Shown piece by piece: positions 53,646 through 64,000 of a DNA stretch of 64,000 nt. Origin of the DNA: a phage. Location of the stretch: the sequence record PZ166176.1; one strand, given 5' to 3'. Made by a program: the position numbers and the translations under genes. Under the pieces are notes generated by a model. The model was not told where the DNA came from. It saw only the letters and a list, made by a program, of their open reading frames with translations, and made no database searches. Within the stretch, counting starts at the first letter, position 1. Each line of letters begins with the position of its first letter.

Positions 53646-54656
53646 ATGGCAGAAAGAGAGTATACAAAAGCTCCTGCCCCTAATTTAAACAGGGCATACA
53701 AATTATTAATTGGTTCTGCCACAAACACAATACAGAAGAGAACTAAGAACTCGGCATTTAAATCTACAGTAGATTTGGATACCAAGTTAGGGACAACAGA
53801 AAAATCCTCTTCTAATTTGTATTTGTTGCAAGACCATCAAATAACCTTCAGCATTAAGAAAGATAATAACAAAGATCCTAACCAAGCAGAGATTGTAGTT
53901 TATAACCTTTCGGATGATACTGTTAATTATATAAACCGTGGTATCCGAAATAACTTGGCTGTTGCTTTAGCGGTAGGATACGAAGGTGAAGAGTTGGTTA
54001 TGATCTTCAAAGGAACTATCCAATGGGTTAGTGATACTTTTGACTCGGTAGACAGGAAAACCACTTTACACTGTTTGGATGGCGGTATTAACATTGCAGA
54101 AGCAAGAACAAGCCGCAGTTATCCAAAAGGAACTAAAATCAAACGTGTTGTGACAGATTTGGTAAAGGATTTAGGAACTACAGAAGGTAATATACACGTA
54201 GATAATGATCAAACCTTATCTTCAGCAACAGCTATGTGTGGAAACACTTCACATTACCTAGAACATATTTGTAAAAGTATTGATCACAATGTGTCAATAC
54301 AAGATGGATCTGTTTATGTTACTCCTCGTTCACAAATGTCTAGTGCACGTAGCGCCTATATTAGCCCTGAAACTGGTCTGATAGGAAGTCCAGAACCATT
54401 CCACAACGATATAAAACCTACTAAAAAAGTTACCAAGTCCTCTAAGAAGGCAAAGAAACCTACAGATGGTGTTAAATTCAAATGCCAAATGAATGGTGCA
54501 ATATTACCAGAAAAAACAATCTGGTTAAAAAGCCGAGATTATGACGGTCCATTTAAAGTTGTTTCTGTTTCTCACAATGGTGATAAAGAGGGTAAAGAGT
54601 GGGTTACTGAAGTGGAGTGTGTATCCGTGTCTGAAATAATGACTAAGGAGAAATAA
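53646..54656 (+). CDS. baseplate hub-like protein
   Basis: 336 aa directly upstream of spike gene. Confidence 0.4.
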   Translation: MAEREYTKAPAPNLNRAYKLLIGSATNTIQKRTKNSAFKSTVDLDTKLGTTEKSSSNLYLLQDHQITFSIKKDNNKDPNQAEIVVYNLSDDTVNYINRGIRNNLAVALAVGYEGEELVMIFKGTIQWVSDTFDSVDRKTTLHCLDGGINIAEARTSRSYPKGTKIKRVVTDLVKDLGTTEGNIHVDNDQTLSSATAMCGNTSHYLEHICKSIDHNVSIQDGSVYVTPRSQMSSARSAYISPETGLIGSPEPFHNDIKPTKKVTKSSKKAKKPTDGVKFKCQMNGAILPEKTIWLKSRDYDGPFKVVSVSHNGDKEGKEWVTEVECVSVSEIMTKEK

Positions 54657-55390
54657 TGGATGCATTGAATTTTGTCACAGCAATGCGTGGCTTAATGACA
54701 GAACAATTAGCAGAAGTCCATACAGCCTTGCCAGTCCGTGTGACTGGTGTTAATTATGGTGCTAAAACTGTCACTTTAGAATCTATTGTTAAAAACACAC
54801 GATCTAGTGAAGATGAAATAGATTATCCAACTTTCGAAGATGTTCCTTTCATGGTTAATGGTGGTGGGACAGGAAGAATCTCATTCCCTATTAAAGCTGG
54901 CGATTTAGGAACTGTTATATTTTCTGAAAGAGATCCTTCTAATGCACTGCAAACTAGTGGGGAAACCTCTTCATCATCCACTTTTATGCAGCCTTGTGGA
55001 TTATACCCTATTTGTTTTATTCCCAAAATAGCTACAGGAACAGATTCAACAGAAGCTGTAGATTCTGAAAAGGTAGTTATTTCTAATAACAAAAACACGT
55101 ACGCTTCTTTCGACCCTACAGGTAATATTTCAATATGGAATAGTCAAGGGATGAAAATAGATATTACTACCTCCGGTATTACTATTACAGATGGCACAGG
55201 AACTTTGGATCTAAAAGGTGGTAATTTAACTTTCAAAGGCGGCGTGGCAGATATCAATGGTCTTAAAATAGACCAGAACGGTTTGATGACAGATGGTAAT
55301 GGCATCGGATTCCATACTCACACGCACACGGTTCGTAACATTCAGAGCGGTAACTCAAGTGCCGAGTCCTTAAAACCAACAGGAGCCTAA
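54656..55390 (+). CDS. baseplate central spike protein (gpV-like)
   Basis: Gly/Thr-rich beta-helical C-terminus ending in His-rich apex GFHTHTHTV. Confidence 0.5.
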   Translation: MDALNFVTAMRGLMTEQLAEVHTALPVRVTGVNYGAKTVTLESIVKNTRSSEDEIDYPTFEDVPFMVNGGGTGRISFPIKAGDLGTVIFSERDPSNALQTSGETSSSSTFMQPCGLYPICFIPKIATGTDSTEAVDSEKVVISNNKNTYASFDPTGNISIWNSQGMKIDITTSGITITDGTGTLDLKGGNLTFKGGVADINGLKIDQNGLMTDGNGIGFHTHTHTVRNIQSGNSSAESLKPTGA

Positions 55391-55391
55391 C

Positions 55392-56015
55392 ATGGGAATC
55401 CCTTTTGACTTAAAGCTTGGACCAAACAACGACCTCATCATGGACGATGGGGATTTGGTCCTCACCACAACCAGAACAGAAATTGCAGCACAAACTCTTG
55501 GGATAACTCTGAACACGTATCGTGGAGAGTGGTTTTTAAATACTAACTTCGGTGTTCCTTACTTACAAGAGATTATTGGTGTTGCTAGAAAGAAAGATAT
55601 TGTAGACAGAATATTTTTAGCGGAGATTGCCAAAAACGTTTACATAGATACAATAAACAGTTATAAATCTGCTTACGACATGGACCAACGTTATTACTCA
55701 ATGACAGTTATGGTGACAGTTGGAGCAGATACAGTAACATCCATATTCAATACTCAACCTTCTGAAGAGTTTATTTACCCTGAAGCTGGTGAAGACAATG
55801 CAGCGATCATTTGTGAAGCTTACAGTATTGTTGAGAATTCGAATAGACTTTATCGCTTTATCAACTTTGTTGGTTTGCCACGTGATACCTACTCTACTTG
55901 GTGGAATGAATGGTCTACAGAGTCAGCAGGGGAAAGAATCATGGTTAACGAAAAAGGTGATGCATTAGCTACAAACAATAATTTCGGTATAACAGCTATG
56001 ACAGGAGTAGAATAA
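55392..56015 (+). CDS. baseplate wedge protein (gp25 / GPW-like)
   Basis: N-terminal DLKLGPNNDLIMDDGDLVL...TYRGEWF pattern of the GPW/gp25 family. Confidence 0.5.
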   Translation: MGIPFDLKLGPNNDLIMDDGDLVLTTTRTEIAAQTLGITLNTYRGEWFLNTNFGVPYLQEIIGVARKKDIVDRIFLAEIAKNVYIDTINSYKSAYDMDQRYYSMTVMVTVGADTVTSIFNTQPSEEFIYPEAGEDNAAIICEAYSIVENSNRLYRFINFVGLPRDTYSTWWNEWSTESAGERIMVNEKGDALATNNNFGITAMTGVE

Positions 56016-56488
56016 TGGCAGATTTAACTACGATCAAAGTTTCTGATCTTACACAAACAACCTCTGTATCTGATACAGATTTCTTTGTAACAGATCAGGC
56101 TGGAATAACAAAGAAGACTTCTTTGAAAGTGCTGTTGAGTGGTGCAGGGGTAACTAGAAACCGTTTAAATGCACGTGGAACAGTAACTAGCACCTTGGCA
56201 TTAGATATTAGTTCAGCAGAATATTTTTCGGCAACTTTATCTTCTGCAACATGCACAATTAGTTTTACTAATATTCCAGTAGCAACGAATGCAGTTTTAA
56301 ACTTTACTTTAGCTTTGCGTCAAGGAAGTGGCGCAAATAAAGTCGTATGGCCTTCTTCTGTAAAATGGAGTTTTGGTCGTTCCCCAGTTTTGAGTTATCG
56401 TCAAGGTGCAACAGACACTTTTGAGTTTATCAGTTATGATAATGGTGCAACTTGGACAGGTAGCTTAGTTTTAGCAGGAGTTATTTAA
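56015..56488 (+). CDS. baseplate / tail fibre associated protein
   Basis: 157 aa, overlaps neighbours by 1 nt. Confidence 0.35.
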   Translation: MADLTTIKVSDLTQTTSVSDTDFFVTDQAGITKKTSLKVLLSGAGVTRNRLNARGTVTSTLALDISSAEYFSATLSSATCTISFTNIPVATNAVLNFTLALRQGSGANKVVWPSSVKWSFGRSPVLSYRQGATDTFEFISYDNGATWTGSLVLAGVI

Positions 56489-59364
56489 TGTCAAGAGTTA
56501 AGCACAATATTGACAACACGTTTCAGTTGATTGAAGGGTTGGTTCAGTTTTTGGAAAGAAATACTGGGCTTACCATAGATCCTACGGTTCAGCATTACAT
56601 TATCAACCCACAAAACGTATTGGCGAACAACAGACACTTTATTAACTGGACAGCGCAGGAAGGGCAACCAAACGGTGACGCTACTACCGAAGGTCAATCT
56701 GTGCTTATCACTGGTTTTGCTTATGCATATTTGGCTACAGGGGATAAAAAATATCTTGAATCTGCCGAGAAGTATTGGCAAGCCTATATAGATCACTTCT
56801 TCGGGGGCCAACCTATTCCTGATCCTCCGGCTAAGTATCGTCCCAACTGGATCATCAATGGTAAAGAACCACGTTTAGCACATTACCCTCTCACAGATGA
56901 TGGGTATCCTACGCACGGTGGGTTCAAAGGTAGCATGATGACTTGGATTAACGGAAGGACTGTTATTCCTAAAGGTGCACCGCATTGGGGGGAATACTTA
57001 GATAAAGCTTGGTTTGCTTTCAATGGCAATCTTGGTTGGAACTCCGTTAACGCAACAGTTTATGCAACTAATCCAGATGGTTCAACCAACTGGAAAGAAT
57101 ATGGAGATCAGTGGGACGTTGAATGGATTATAGATCGTCTAGGACGTAAAGTTGATTGGGATGGTAACATTTTATCTACAGATCACAGCTTCGCAGAATA
57201 TGGAACAGTGCAACTTAAAAATGCTTCTGTGAACGGTGATTATAAATTCAACTACGCTACATGCAACCCTGTAGAACACGGTGGATATCTGCTTAAGCGT
57301 AATGAGATGTGGCATAACCGTCCTGTAAACGTTCCGGTAGAGTTAGGTTATCAAGATAATGCTTCCGATGCTGAAACGTGGTGGTGTGATGCAAACTACT
57401 TGATGTATCAGATCACAGGAGAGAGAAAATACTGGCTTTGCTGGCAATCTTCTTTATTGTTGTGTCAAGACTACTCAAACATCGATATGTTTGATAAATT
57501 CTTCCGTAGATCTACGACAGCAATAATTCCTTTTACAGATGGTATCTCGTATGATTACTCATACCCATCTACAGCAATACCTAAATATTCTCGTGACGAA
57601 TTAGGATACACAGTAATTCGCCAAGATGTTTCAGCACAAACAACTCTAGAACAACAGGCAGTTTGGTTCAGAGTAGATCAGAATTCAAAACTGCGTATTG
57701 AGTTTCAAGGTGTAGATGATGCAGGGGAAGGTGTTCTTTTCCGTCCAGAGCTAGAATTAAGCAAAACTAAGAGTGAAACAGACACAGTGACATATCGTTG
57801 TGGCTTACCTCTTGGTGCAGCTAATATGACTAAGATGGATATACCTTTATCTAGTTTTATGCGCACCGAACCTCCTGGAGGTGGTGTATATATTATTGCT
57901 GAACCCAGAATTATTGTTGACTGGGGAAGCAATACTGTGATACAATATAAATATGCAACTGGTATTGCTGGGACAAATAGTGATCAGATAGTTTCTGCTA
58001 ATATGGATTCAGATGGTGGTTTTACTGTTGGGTTTTGGTTAACACCAACTAAAACAGCCAATTTAAAATCTATTACATATCGTTCATACGCAGATGATTT
58101 TAACATCACTATTACGGATTCCGCAGGTTGGAGATGGTGGGCCATGTTAGAAAAAACAAATTCTGCATGGGTTACTAAAGCTTTAAGTCCTGCTGATTTC
58201 AAATTAAGCACTTGGCAACCCAATCATAACGACACAGAGACAAAACCTTCGTCAATAAACCTGACTGCTGTTGATCAGATCAACATTGCATTGGATTCTG
58301 AACCTGCAAATGGCTTGACAGGGGCAATCGATTTTTATTGTGTTAACGATATCCCATCTTTGTATTCTTCAGCCGCTGGTGATGATTACACAATGTATTT
58401 CAGGGTTACAGTTTCATCTGAAAATCCTTATACAGCAAAACTTGGAGATTGTACAATACTGGACTATAAACTTGACAGTTTGAATTATACTCCAGGAATC
58501 ATTCCATTTTCCAATATTAGTGATCCTAACACAGCATTATATGACGGTTGGCGTGGTATTCCTTACCCAGGTTATCAATACCCATCCTTATATTGTTTTA
58601 AAGGGAGAGATATTGACTGGGTTCGTATGAACAACAGTATAGACTTTTTATATGATTCACAAATGTGGTTTTATAATAAGTTTGCCCCTGTAATGCCTGG
58701 GCCAATGGCACAAGCTTATGTTTGGGATCGTTGGGATGCTCATAAATATGGAAACAAAAATGAGTTCACAATGTATCATTGGAACGATAAAGCTTGGGAT
58801 GGTTATGAAGCACGAGCATTCTTCTGTGCGTGTCATACGGTATACGAACTAAAGCGACGAGGAGCCGAAGTTCCTGAAAAACTTTTAACAGTTTGTAAAA
58901 ACTGGATCAACTACCTGAAGTGGTTCCAAGATAACAACGAAGGAAGAACACCAACAATATTTTATCCCAACGGAGAAGTGGCTGCGCCTGTAGATGACTT
59001 TACAAGTCACATGTCTGCGCTCTTTATGGCGGGATGTGCTATAATGGGGATGGCTGGATATGATTCAGAAATTCCTAACATTAAAATAGTAGCAGACCGC
59101 TGTTTTGAACTTATTCAGGAAAACTATATTGTTCTTGGTCCTAATCACGTTATGAATGGTTGTTGGAGTGCTGCTCCTAGACCAGACAGTGATAACGGAG
59201 TCTTCTTTGGCTTCCACGCTGGAGAGTTGTTACGTGGTTTTGGGTTGTATGCTTTATACAAAAAACTTAATCCCCAAAATGCATTACCTGTTTTGGATTC
59301 GAGCAATATTCCTGCACTTACTGTTTTGACAATGGCAAACATTAGTGTGGACGTTACCGAGTAA
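56488..59364 (+). CDS. large baseplate / tail fibre structural protein
   Basis: 958 aa in the distal tail block. Confidence 0.4.
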   Translation: MSRVKHNIDNTFQLIEGLVQFLERNTGLTIDPTVQHYIINPQNVLANNRHFINWTAQEGQPNGDATTEGQSVLITGFAYAYLATGDKKYLESAEKYWQAYIDHFFGGQPIPDPPAKYRPNWIINGKEPRLAHYPLTDDGYPTHGGFKGSMMTWINGRTVIPKGAPHWGEYLDKAWFAFNGNLGWNSVNATVYATNPDGSTNWKEYGDQWDVEWIIDRLGRKVDWDGNILSTDHSFAEYGTVQLKNASVNGDYKFNYATCNPVEHGGYLLKRNEMWHNRPVNVPVELGYQDNASDAETWWCDANYLMYQITGERKYWLCWQSSLLLCQDYSNIDMFDKFFRRSTTAIIPFTDGISYDYSYPSTAIPKYSRDELGYTVIRQDVSAQTTLEQQAVWFRVDQNSKLRIEFQGVDDAGEGVLFRPELELSKTKSETDTVTYRCGLPLGAANMTKMDIPLSSFMRTEPPGGGVYIIAEPRIIVDWGSNTVIQYKYATGIAGTNSDQIVSANMDSDGGFTVGFWLTPTKTANLKSITYRSYADDFNITITDSAGWRWWAMLEKTNSAWVTKALSPADFKLSTWQPNHNDTETKPSSINLTAVDQINIALDSEPANGLTGAIDFYCVNDIPSLYSSAAGDDYTMYFRVTVSSENPYTAKLGDCTILDYKLDSLNYTPGIIPFSNISDPNTALYDGWRGIPYPGYQYPSLYCFKGRDIDWVRMNNSIDFLYDSQMWFYNKFAPVMPGPMAQAYVWDRWDAHKYGNKNEFTMYHWNDKAWDGYEARAFFCACHTVYELKRRGAEVPEKLLTVCKNWINYLKWFQDNNEGRTPTIFYPNGEVAAPVDDFTSHMSALFMAGCAIMGMAGYDSEIPNIKIVADRCFELIQENYIVLGPNHVMNGCWSAAPRPDSDNGVFFGFHAGELLRGFGLYALYKKLNPQNALPVLDSSNIPALTVLTMANISVDVTE

Positions 59365-59372
59365 GGGGTAAA

Positions 59373-61526
59373 ATGAAACAAGCTATATTTACTGTCACGC
59401 GAGACAAGAGAGTAAATGCGAGTTCATTTAACTACACGACTGTTGACGGAACAGCAGTCGCTGGTAGAGATTATATTGCAAAATCGGGAACACTTGTGTT
59501 CCCTGATGATGCGGATTCTGCTACTATTGTGGTTGAAGTATTTGAACGACCAAAGAACTCAATAGATCTTAACTTCTCCCTCCAAGTTTCAGGGATTAGT
59601 CAAAATAACATGATGGTTGAAACGACCATTAATTGTATTATAACTACTATCCAAGAAAATACTACTCCAATAACTTGGACTACAAAAGACGTTAAAATGT
59701 TCTCTCCTATGTATTGGACAATAGATTCTCAAGCAACGGAAAGTTGTTCTATTGTATCTCATGGAGACTCTTTTACTGCAAGATTTGTAAACAGAACAAC
59801 AGCAGGTTTGGCAGGGGTTATCTGGAGCACAGTTGACAAATATGACCATAAAGGTGTTGGGTATTTGCCTCACACAGATTTAAGTTCAGAGAAACTTTGG
59901 TTTAAAATGGAAATTAGTCAAAACATGCCAGGTTTTAAAGAAGAACCTTTGGTGCCGACTTTGACTGTAACTCTCCTGGATAAAAGTGTTCATTATGTCA
60001 GTTTAGGATTCTACGCTTCAGATATTTCAGAAGATGGTAAAACAGCCACAATAAAGTTAGATTTTGGTAATATCTTTTCTGGCCCTAATAATGATATTCC
60101 TTTGGATATGAGTGCTGTAGATAATATTTTCTTCTCTTTGATTACAGCAAGGTATGAAGAAATAGAAGAGATTATACCTATTGCCAGTCAAGAGGCTTGG
60201 TTTACTTTCACTCTTCTTGAACCTACTTCTGGTTACAGTATGATGAAAGTCAGCAACCTTGTCCAGCCTGAACATGATATTCGCATGTGCACATCTTATG
60301 ATGATATGTATAACCTGACTCCAGAGAGAGTTATTTATAATACATATGCACTAGGTTATCGTGGAATGATTAACCATTACAACGGAATGTCTCACTATTA
60401 TGAGTTCTCATGGAACGGAACATCTTGGGCTTTAAATAGATCTGTTTTCCTGAATCCGGCTACAGAAGCTTGGCTTAACAGTTTCCATTCTATAGCTAAT
60501 GAAAATGGCTACACAATAATGAACTCTTTGAGTTTTGAGTTGATGAGCACAGTTTGTCCTGTTGAATGGGTCCAGCATGATTGGAACGATGCTCTTGCAG
60601 CAACAGGGTATAAGCCTCCTAGTTACGTGTTGTCTCCAACTATTGACGAAGGCATGGAATATTTGCAAAATGTTATTAACAAAATAGCATCTATTTCTCA
60701 AGCTAATAACATTCCAGTCGTAATTCAAATTGGTGAACCTTGGTGGTGGTATAATACAGCAAGTAAAATGCCTTGTATATATGATTACACTACCAAACTG
60801 GCATTCAATACAGAAACAGGCTTATTTGCACAAGACGCAGGAACAATAGATAATTATAAAACAGGAACACCATTTGACGAATACTATGCATTTTTGTCTC
60901 GTAAACTAGGGTTAAGAGTTACAAAGTTTGCAACAGACACCAGAGCAACTTATCCTGGAGCTAAAGTAACATTGCTTCCGTTCTTACCGTCAATTATTGG
61001 CAACGGTTTGATGGAGAAAGTTAACTTCCCGTCTGATTACTACATTCCTGAAGCTTTTGATTTTTACTGTTCAGAGTGTTACGACTGGCTTCTGGAAGGT
61101 AAAATGATGAAAGCATTCGATGCAATTACCATACCACATGAAAAATTAGGTTTTGAATATTCTGATATTCACTATCTTTCGGGTTTTGTTCCAGATGCTA
61201 CTCTTGCACCTTTGTATGGCTTCGATCCTGAATCAAACTACCGCACGTATCTTTGGAAAATGATTATAGGTAATATAGTGTTGAACGCCAATAAGTTCAA
61301 TGGGCTTACACAATATATATGGGCCTATCCTCAAATAATGCATGATTCCATCACGGTAGTTAATTCTCAATCCCAAGTTTTCTATATGGGTAATGTGCCT
61401 TTGAATTGTTATTTGCAAGATATCACTCTTAAACAAGCAAATGTTGAGATTGCTACCATAAGTGGAATTACATTAGCTACTAAATCTGGAGAAGATTTAG
61501 TAACAACACAAAAATTTTATATATAG
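59373..61526 (+). CDS. tail fibre / baseplate protein with N-terminal Calx-beta-like domain
   Basis: N-terminus ...TTVDGTAVAGRDYIAKSGTLVFPDDADSATIVVEVFE resembles the Calx-beta motif. Confidence 0.45.
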   Translation: MKQAIFTVTRDKRVNASSFNYTTVDGTAVAGRDYIAKSGTLVFPDDADSATIVVEVFERPKNSIDLNFSLQVSGISQNNMMVETTINCIITTIQENTTPITWTTKDVKMFSPMYWTIDSQATESCSIVSHGDSFTARFVNRTTAGLAGVIWSTVDKYDHKGVGYLPHTDLSSEKLWFKMEISQNMPGFKEEPLVPTLTVTLLDKSVHYVSLGFYASDISEDGKTATIKLDFGNIFSGPNNDIPLDMSAVDNIFFSLITARYEEIEEIIPIASQEAWFTFTLLEPTSGYSMMKVSNLVQPEHDIRMCTSYDDMYNLTPERVIYNTYALGYRGMINHYNGMSHYYEFSWNGTSWALNRSVFLNPATEAWLNSFHSIANENGYTIMNSLSFELMSTVCPVEWVQHDWNDALAATGYKPPSYVLSPTIDEGMEYLQNVINKIASISQANNIPVVIQIGEPWWWYNTASKMPCIYDYTTKLAFNTETGLFAQDAGTIDNYKTGTPFDEYYAFLSRKLGLRVTKFATDTRATYPGAKVTLLPFLPSIIGNGLMEKVNFPSDYYIPEAFDFYCSECYDWLLEGKMMKAFDAITIPHEKLGFEYSDIHYLSGFVPDATLAPLYGFDPESNYRTYLWKMIIGNIVLNANKFNGLTQYIWAYPQIMHDSITVVNSQSQVFYMGNVPLNCYLQDITLKQANVEIATISGITLATKSGEDLVTTQKFYI

Positions 61527-61534
61527 GAGTAAAA

Positions 61535-63481
61535 ATGTCAACTACAATTACTAATTTACCCGAAACATCAAAAGTTAATGGTTCTGATTACCTAGTTTTA
61601 GACCAATCTGATAAGACCGTTAAAAGCACAGTTTCTAACTTTCTTGCTGACACTGGGGTGGTTTTAGCCACCCAGTTGAAAGATACAAATGGAGCAGATT
61701 TAATACAATCCTCAAATGGTAATACTGTTCAGGAAGAGTTGAATAACAATCTTCTTAATGATCGTGAACAGTGGTGTCGTAGTCTTGCTGAGGCAGGGTT
61801 AACCCTTGTCAACGGTAGCTTTGAAGAAGGCGCTACATTAAATAATAAGACCGATGCTGTTTGGTATATTGCAGGCGGTCAGTGTTATTCATGGGATGGT
61901 GCACTACCTAAAGAAGTTCCAAATGGCTCAACTCCAGAAACATCTGGTGGTGTTGGTCTGGGTGCGTGGGTTAGTGTTGGTGATGCATCGTTGCGCACTG
62001 AACTTTCCTCTTTATCAGGGGCTAATCTTGTTGGGTATAGCGTTTCCATGAGATATAATGAAGAGACTGTTGGGTGGATGTTAGAAAATCTCACCGACAG
62101 AGCTTTATCATCAAGTGATTTCCCTGGAGACGATGCCGGAGAACAAATAAATAACGGTCTTGATTTTTTACGCTCCCAGAATGAGAAATATAGACAAGGG
62201 GGAACATTAAACCTACCCAGAGAAACACTGAATGTATCGACACCGATTACACTCGACAGAACTCCAAGCGGTGCGCCAGATGAAAATGATGAATATACAA
62301 TATCTGGCTCTGGAAAAGGAGGGACAGTACTGATAGCGGGTAATAGCTTCCCACCAGATAAAGCGGTTTTAACAACTAACTCTGCTAATGGTAATGCGGT
62401 TCAAGGTTTTAAATTAAAAGACTTTTCCATCAGGGGTGGCAAAAACGGACTTCGTATTGAAACCGCATCAAGAAGTATAATAGACAGCATCAAAGTTTCG
62501 GGATCAGGTTCGGACGGTATTTATGTAGGTAATAGCTGGGTCAATCTTTATAGTCAGGTGCTTGTAGATTCAAGCGGTGGTAATGGAATTACGTTCGATA
62601 ATAGTCTACAAAAAACAAGCACAACAGTACTTTCAGGATACCAGTTAAAAAACAAGGGGTCAGGTTGGGATTTTGGTTTTATGAACTATTCAGTGGCAAT
62701 TGCCACTGCTTCAGATCAGAACTCACAACATGGCTATAAAATATCAAGGTCGGAAGGATTTGTTCTTATATCTCCGGGAGCGGAAAGCAACGGGGGTGCT
62801 GGTATATTAGCTGAGGCATCAACATCTTTAGGGGAAAACAAGAGCGTCCTAATTCAAGGAGCTTTTTGCCACAATAATAATAAGATAGGTACTTACGCGA
62901 ATCTTTTATATGCGGTGAGTACTGCTAACACAATAAACCGTGTAAAAATAACAGATAGCACAGCACATTCCAGCCCTGTAGGTTCTCCAGATGTTGTTGC
63001 TGATGGGAACGAATGCGTTGTCACAATAGATAACTGCGTACTACCTAACGGCTGGGAATCCAGAAATGGTGGATATATTGACTGGGTTCATCATACCCTA
63101 TATGTACAGAAACCAGGAATCACAGGGGCAACAGCCATATGCAACTTAAGAGGAACTCAGGGGCACGGTAGAAATGAAGCTTCTGCTTCTGATAGTTTTG
63201 CTGGGGAAGTAACCATAGTAGCAAGTCCATTAGCGCCTTCAACAGCGACAAGACGACTTGCTATCTATAAACTTTTTATTTGCGTAGCAGCGGATACCGG
63301 CGTTCAATGCGAAGTGATAAAACAATTGGGTTACGTATCTGGAAATGTTCCAGGTTCGCCAAGTTTCACATGGAGCATCGGTTCATCTCATGAATTGATA
63401 GCAACCCCAATAGGGTCTACAGCCGGAACGTTCTATTTTGAAATCACAACGGATTCGCAAGTTGTAGCCCTCAAAAGATAA
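61535..63481 (+). CDS. tail fibre / tailspike with parallel beta-helix-like repeats
   Basis: Repetitive Gly/Ser/Asn-rich rungs (GSGSDGIYVGNS, GGNGITFDNS). Confidence 0.45.
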   Translation: MSTTITNLPETSKVNGSDYLVLDQSDKTVKSTVSNFLADTGVVLATQLKDTNGADLIQSSNGNTVQEELNNNLLNDREQWCRSLAEAGLTLVNGSFEEGATLNNKTDAVWYIAGGQCYSWDGALPKEVPNGSTPETSGGVGLGAWVSVGDASLRTELSSLSGANLVGYSVSMRYNEETVGWMLENLTDRALSSSDFPGDDAGEQINNGLDFLRSQNEKYRQGGTLNLPRETLNVSTPITLDRTPSGAPDENDEYTISGSGKGGTVLIAGNSFPPDKAVLTTNSANGNAVQGFKLKDFSIRGGKNGLRIETASRSIIDSIKVSGSGSDGIYVGNSWVNLYSQVLVDSSGGNGITFDNSLQKTSTTVLSGYQLKNKGSGWDFGFMNYSVAIATASDQNSQHGYKISRSEGFVLISPGAESNGGAGILAEASTSLGENKSVLIQGAFCHNNNKIGTYANLLYAVSTANTINRVKITDSTAHSSPVGSPDVVADGNECVVTIDNCVLPNGWESRNGGYIDWVHHTLYVQKPGITGATAICNLRGTQGHGRNEASASDSFAGEVTIVASPLAPSTATRRLAIYKLFICVAADTGVQCEVIKQLGYVSGNVPGSPSFTWSIGSSHELIATPIGSTAGTFYFEITTDSQVVALKR

Positions 63482-63487
63482 AAACAA

Positions 63488-63510
63488 CCCCGCTTCGGCG
63501 GGGGGTTCTT
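63488..63510 (+). terminator. terminator-like hairpin after tail fibre gene
   Basis: CCCCGC-ttcg-GCGGGG hairpin followed by GGTTCTT. Confidence 0.45.
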
Positions 63511-63530
63511 AGAAAAACAAAGAGGTACTT

Positions 63531-63842
63531 ATGAACGAGATGTTCTCACAAGGTGGTAAAGGTTCAACTGGAATCTTAACCAATAAACAAGCAGTAGCCC
63601 GTCACTTTGGAGTTAAACAATCTGAGGTTGTTTACTTCTCAGTTGGTGCACTGCTTGATGGGTACAAAGTTATCTATGATAAGGAGACGCAAAGGGCGTA
63701 TTCCCTACCTGCTGATATTGCCCCAGGTACTATTGCCATTAGTCTTAGTGCTGCCGGAGTATTAGTTCACTCTGCGGGTAATGTGGACCTTGGGGAATTA
63801 GCTGTATCTCGTGATTTAAAAAGTAATGAGAACGCACTATGA
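63531..63842 (+). CDS. hypothetical protein
   Basis: Track ORF 103 aa. Confidence 0.4.
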   Translation: MNEMFSQGGKGSTGILTNKQAVARHFGVKQSEVVYFSVGALLDGYKVIYDKETQRAYSLPADIAPGTIAISLSAAGVLVHSAGNVDLGELAVSRDLKSNENAL

Positions 63843-64000
63843 GAAAATTTTTAATAGGTATGTTCTGTACATATCCTGATAATAAAGTCAGTTCTACGAA
63901 AGTCTGGAACGCTGTAGGCATGTCGGTTATGACAGGCATGTTTATCTTTTTAGGAATAGAAAAAGAAATTCCTGAATGGATGGGTTGGGCTTTTGTTTTC
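63839..64000 (+). CDS. small membrane protein, 5' part (runs off window end)
   Basis: ATG overlapping upstream stop (ATGA); MRKFLIGMFC...VGMSVMTGMFIFLGI hydrophobic segment. Confidence 0.3.
   Translation, partial: MRKFLIGMFCTYPDNKVSSTKVWNAVGMSVMTGMFIFLGIEKEIPEWMGWAFVF

Noticed and set aside
1-64000. Prophage / temperate lifestyle signals (integrase, att site, repressor)
   Set aside because: No tyrosine/serine recombinase motifs or repressor-operator arrangement seen; gene content is typical of a virulent phage

Overview
This 64-kb window reads as one contiguous piece of an AT-rich, virulent tailed-phage genome with a contractile tail (sheath, tube and baseplate genes present). All calls are from reading the sequence and the supplied ORF track by eye; no database search, tRNA scanner or RNA folding was run, so homology calls are motif recognition from memory, and coordinates of hand-placed features (tRNAs, promoters, terminators, repeats) may be off by 1 nt. 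Layout: (1) 1-33546 is a dense block of minus-strand early/middle genes: nucleotide metabolism (class I RNR nrdA/nrdB, ThyX-like enzyme, glutaredoxin, 5'-nucleotidase, MazG-like), an rmlC/rmlD sugar-nucleotide pair, DNA transactions (ligase, T4 RNase H-like flap endonuclease, DnaQ-like exonuclease, RdgC-like, N6-adenine and putative C5 methyltransferases, HNH), host-interaction candidates (Sir2-like fragment, SLOG/DprA-like, Ser/Thr phosphatase, HslV-like peptidase, PhoH), a T4-type lysozyme, a three-gene kinase / RNA-ligase-like / phosphoesterase cassette, and many small unknown ORFs. (2) 33600-34027 is a divergent control region with GTACT iterons, an AT-rich palindrome and a GATC cluster. 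(3) 34767-36849 is a plus-strand tRNA array: 11 tRNAs with canonical cloverleaves, 2 aberrant tRNA-like elements and 2 structured RNAs of about 190 nt. (4) 36900-64000 is the plus-strand lysis/structural module: overlapping spanin pair, large terminase split by a mini-intein, portal, scaffold, decoration protein, lambda-gpE-like major capsid protein, neck proteins, sheath, tube, frameshifted chaperone, tape measure, baseplate and tail fibres. No integrase, rRNA or CRISPR array was seen. The best candidate for an undescribed system is the combination of the split RNA-repair cassette with the anomalies in the tRNA array (a long-variable-arm tRNA carrying an Asn anticodon, tRNA-like elements without anticodon arms), which together look like a countermeasure against host anticodon nucleases; this is inference, not demonstrated.
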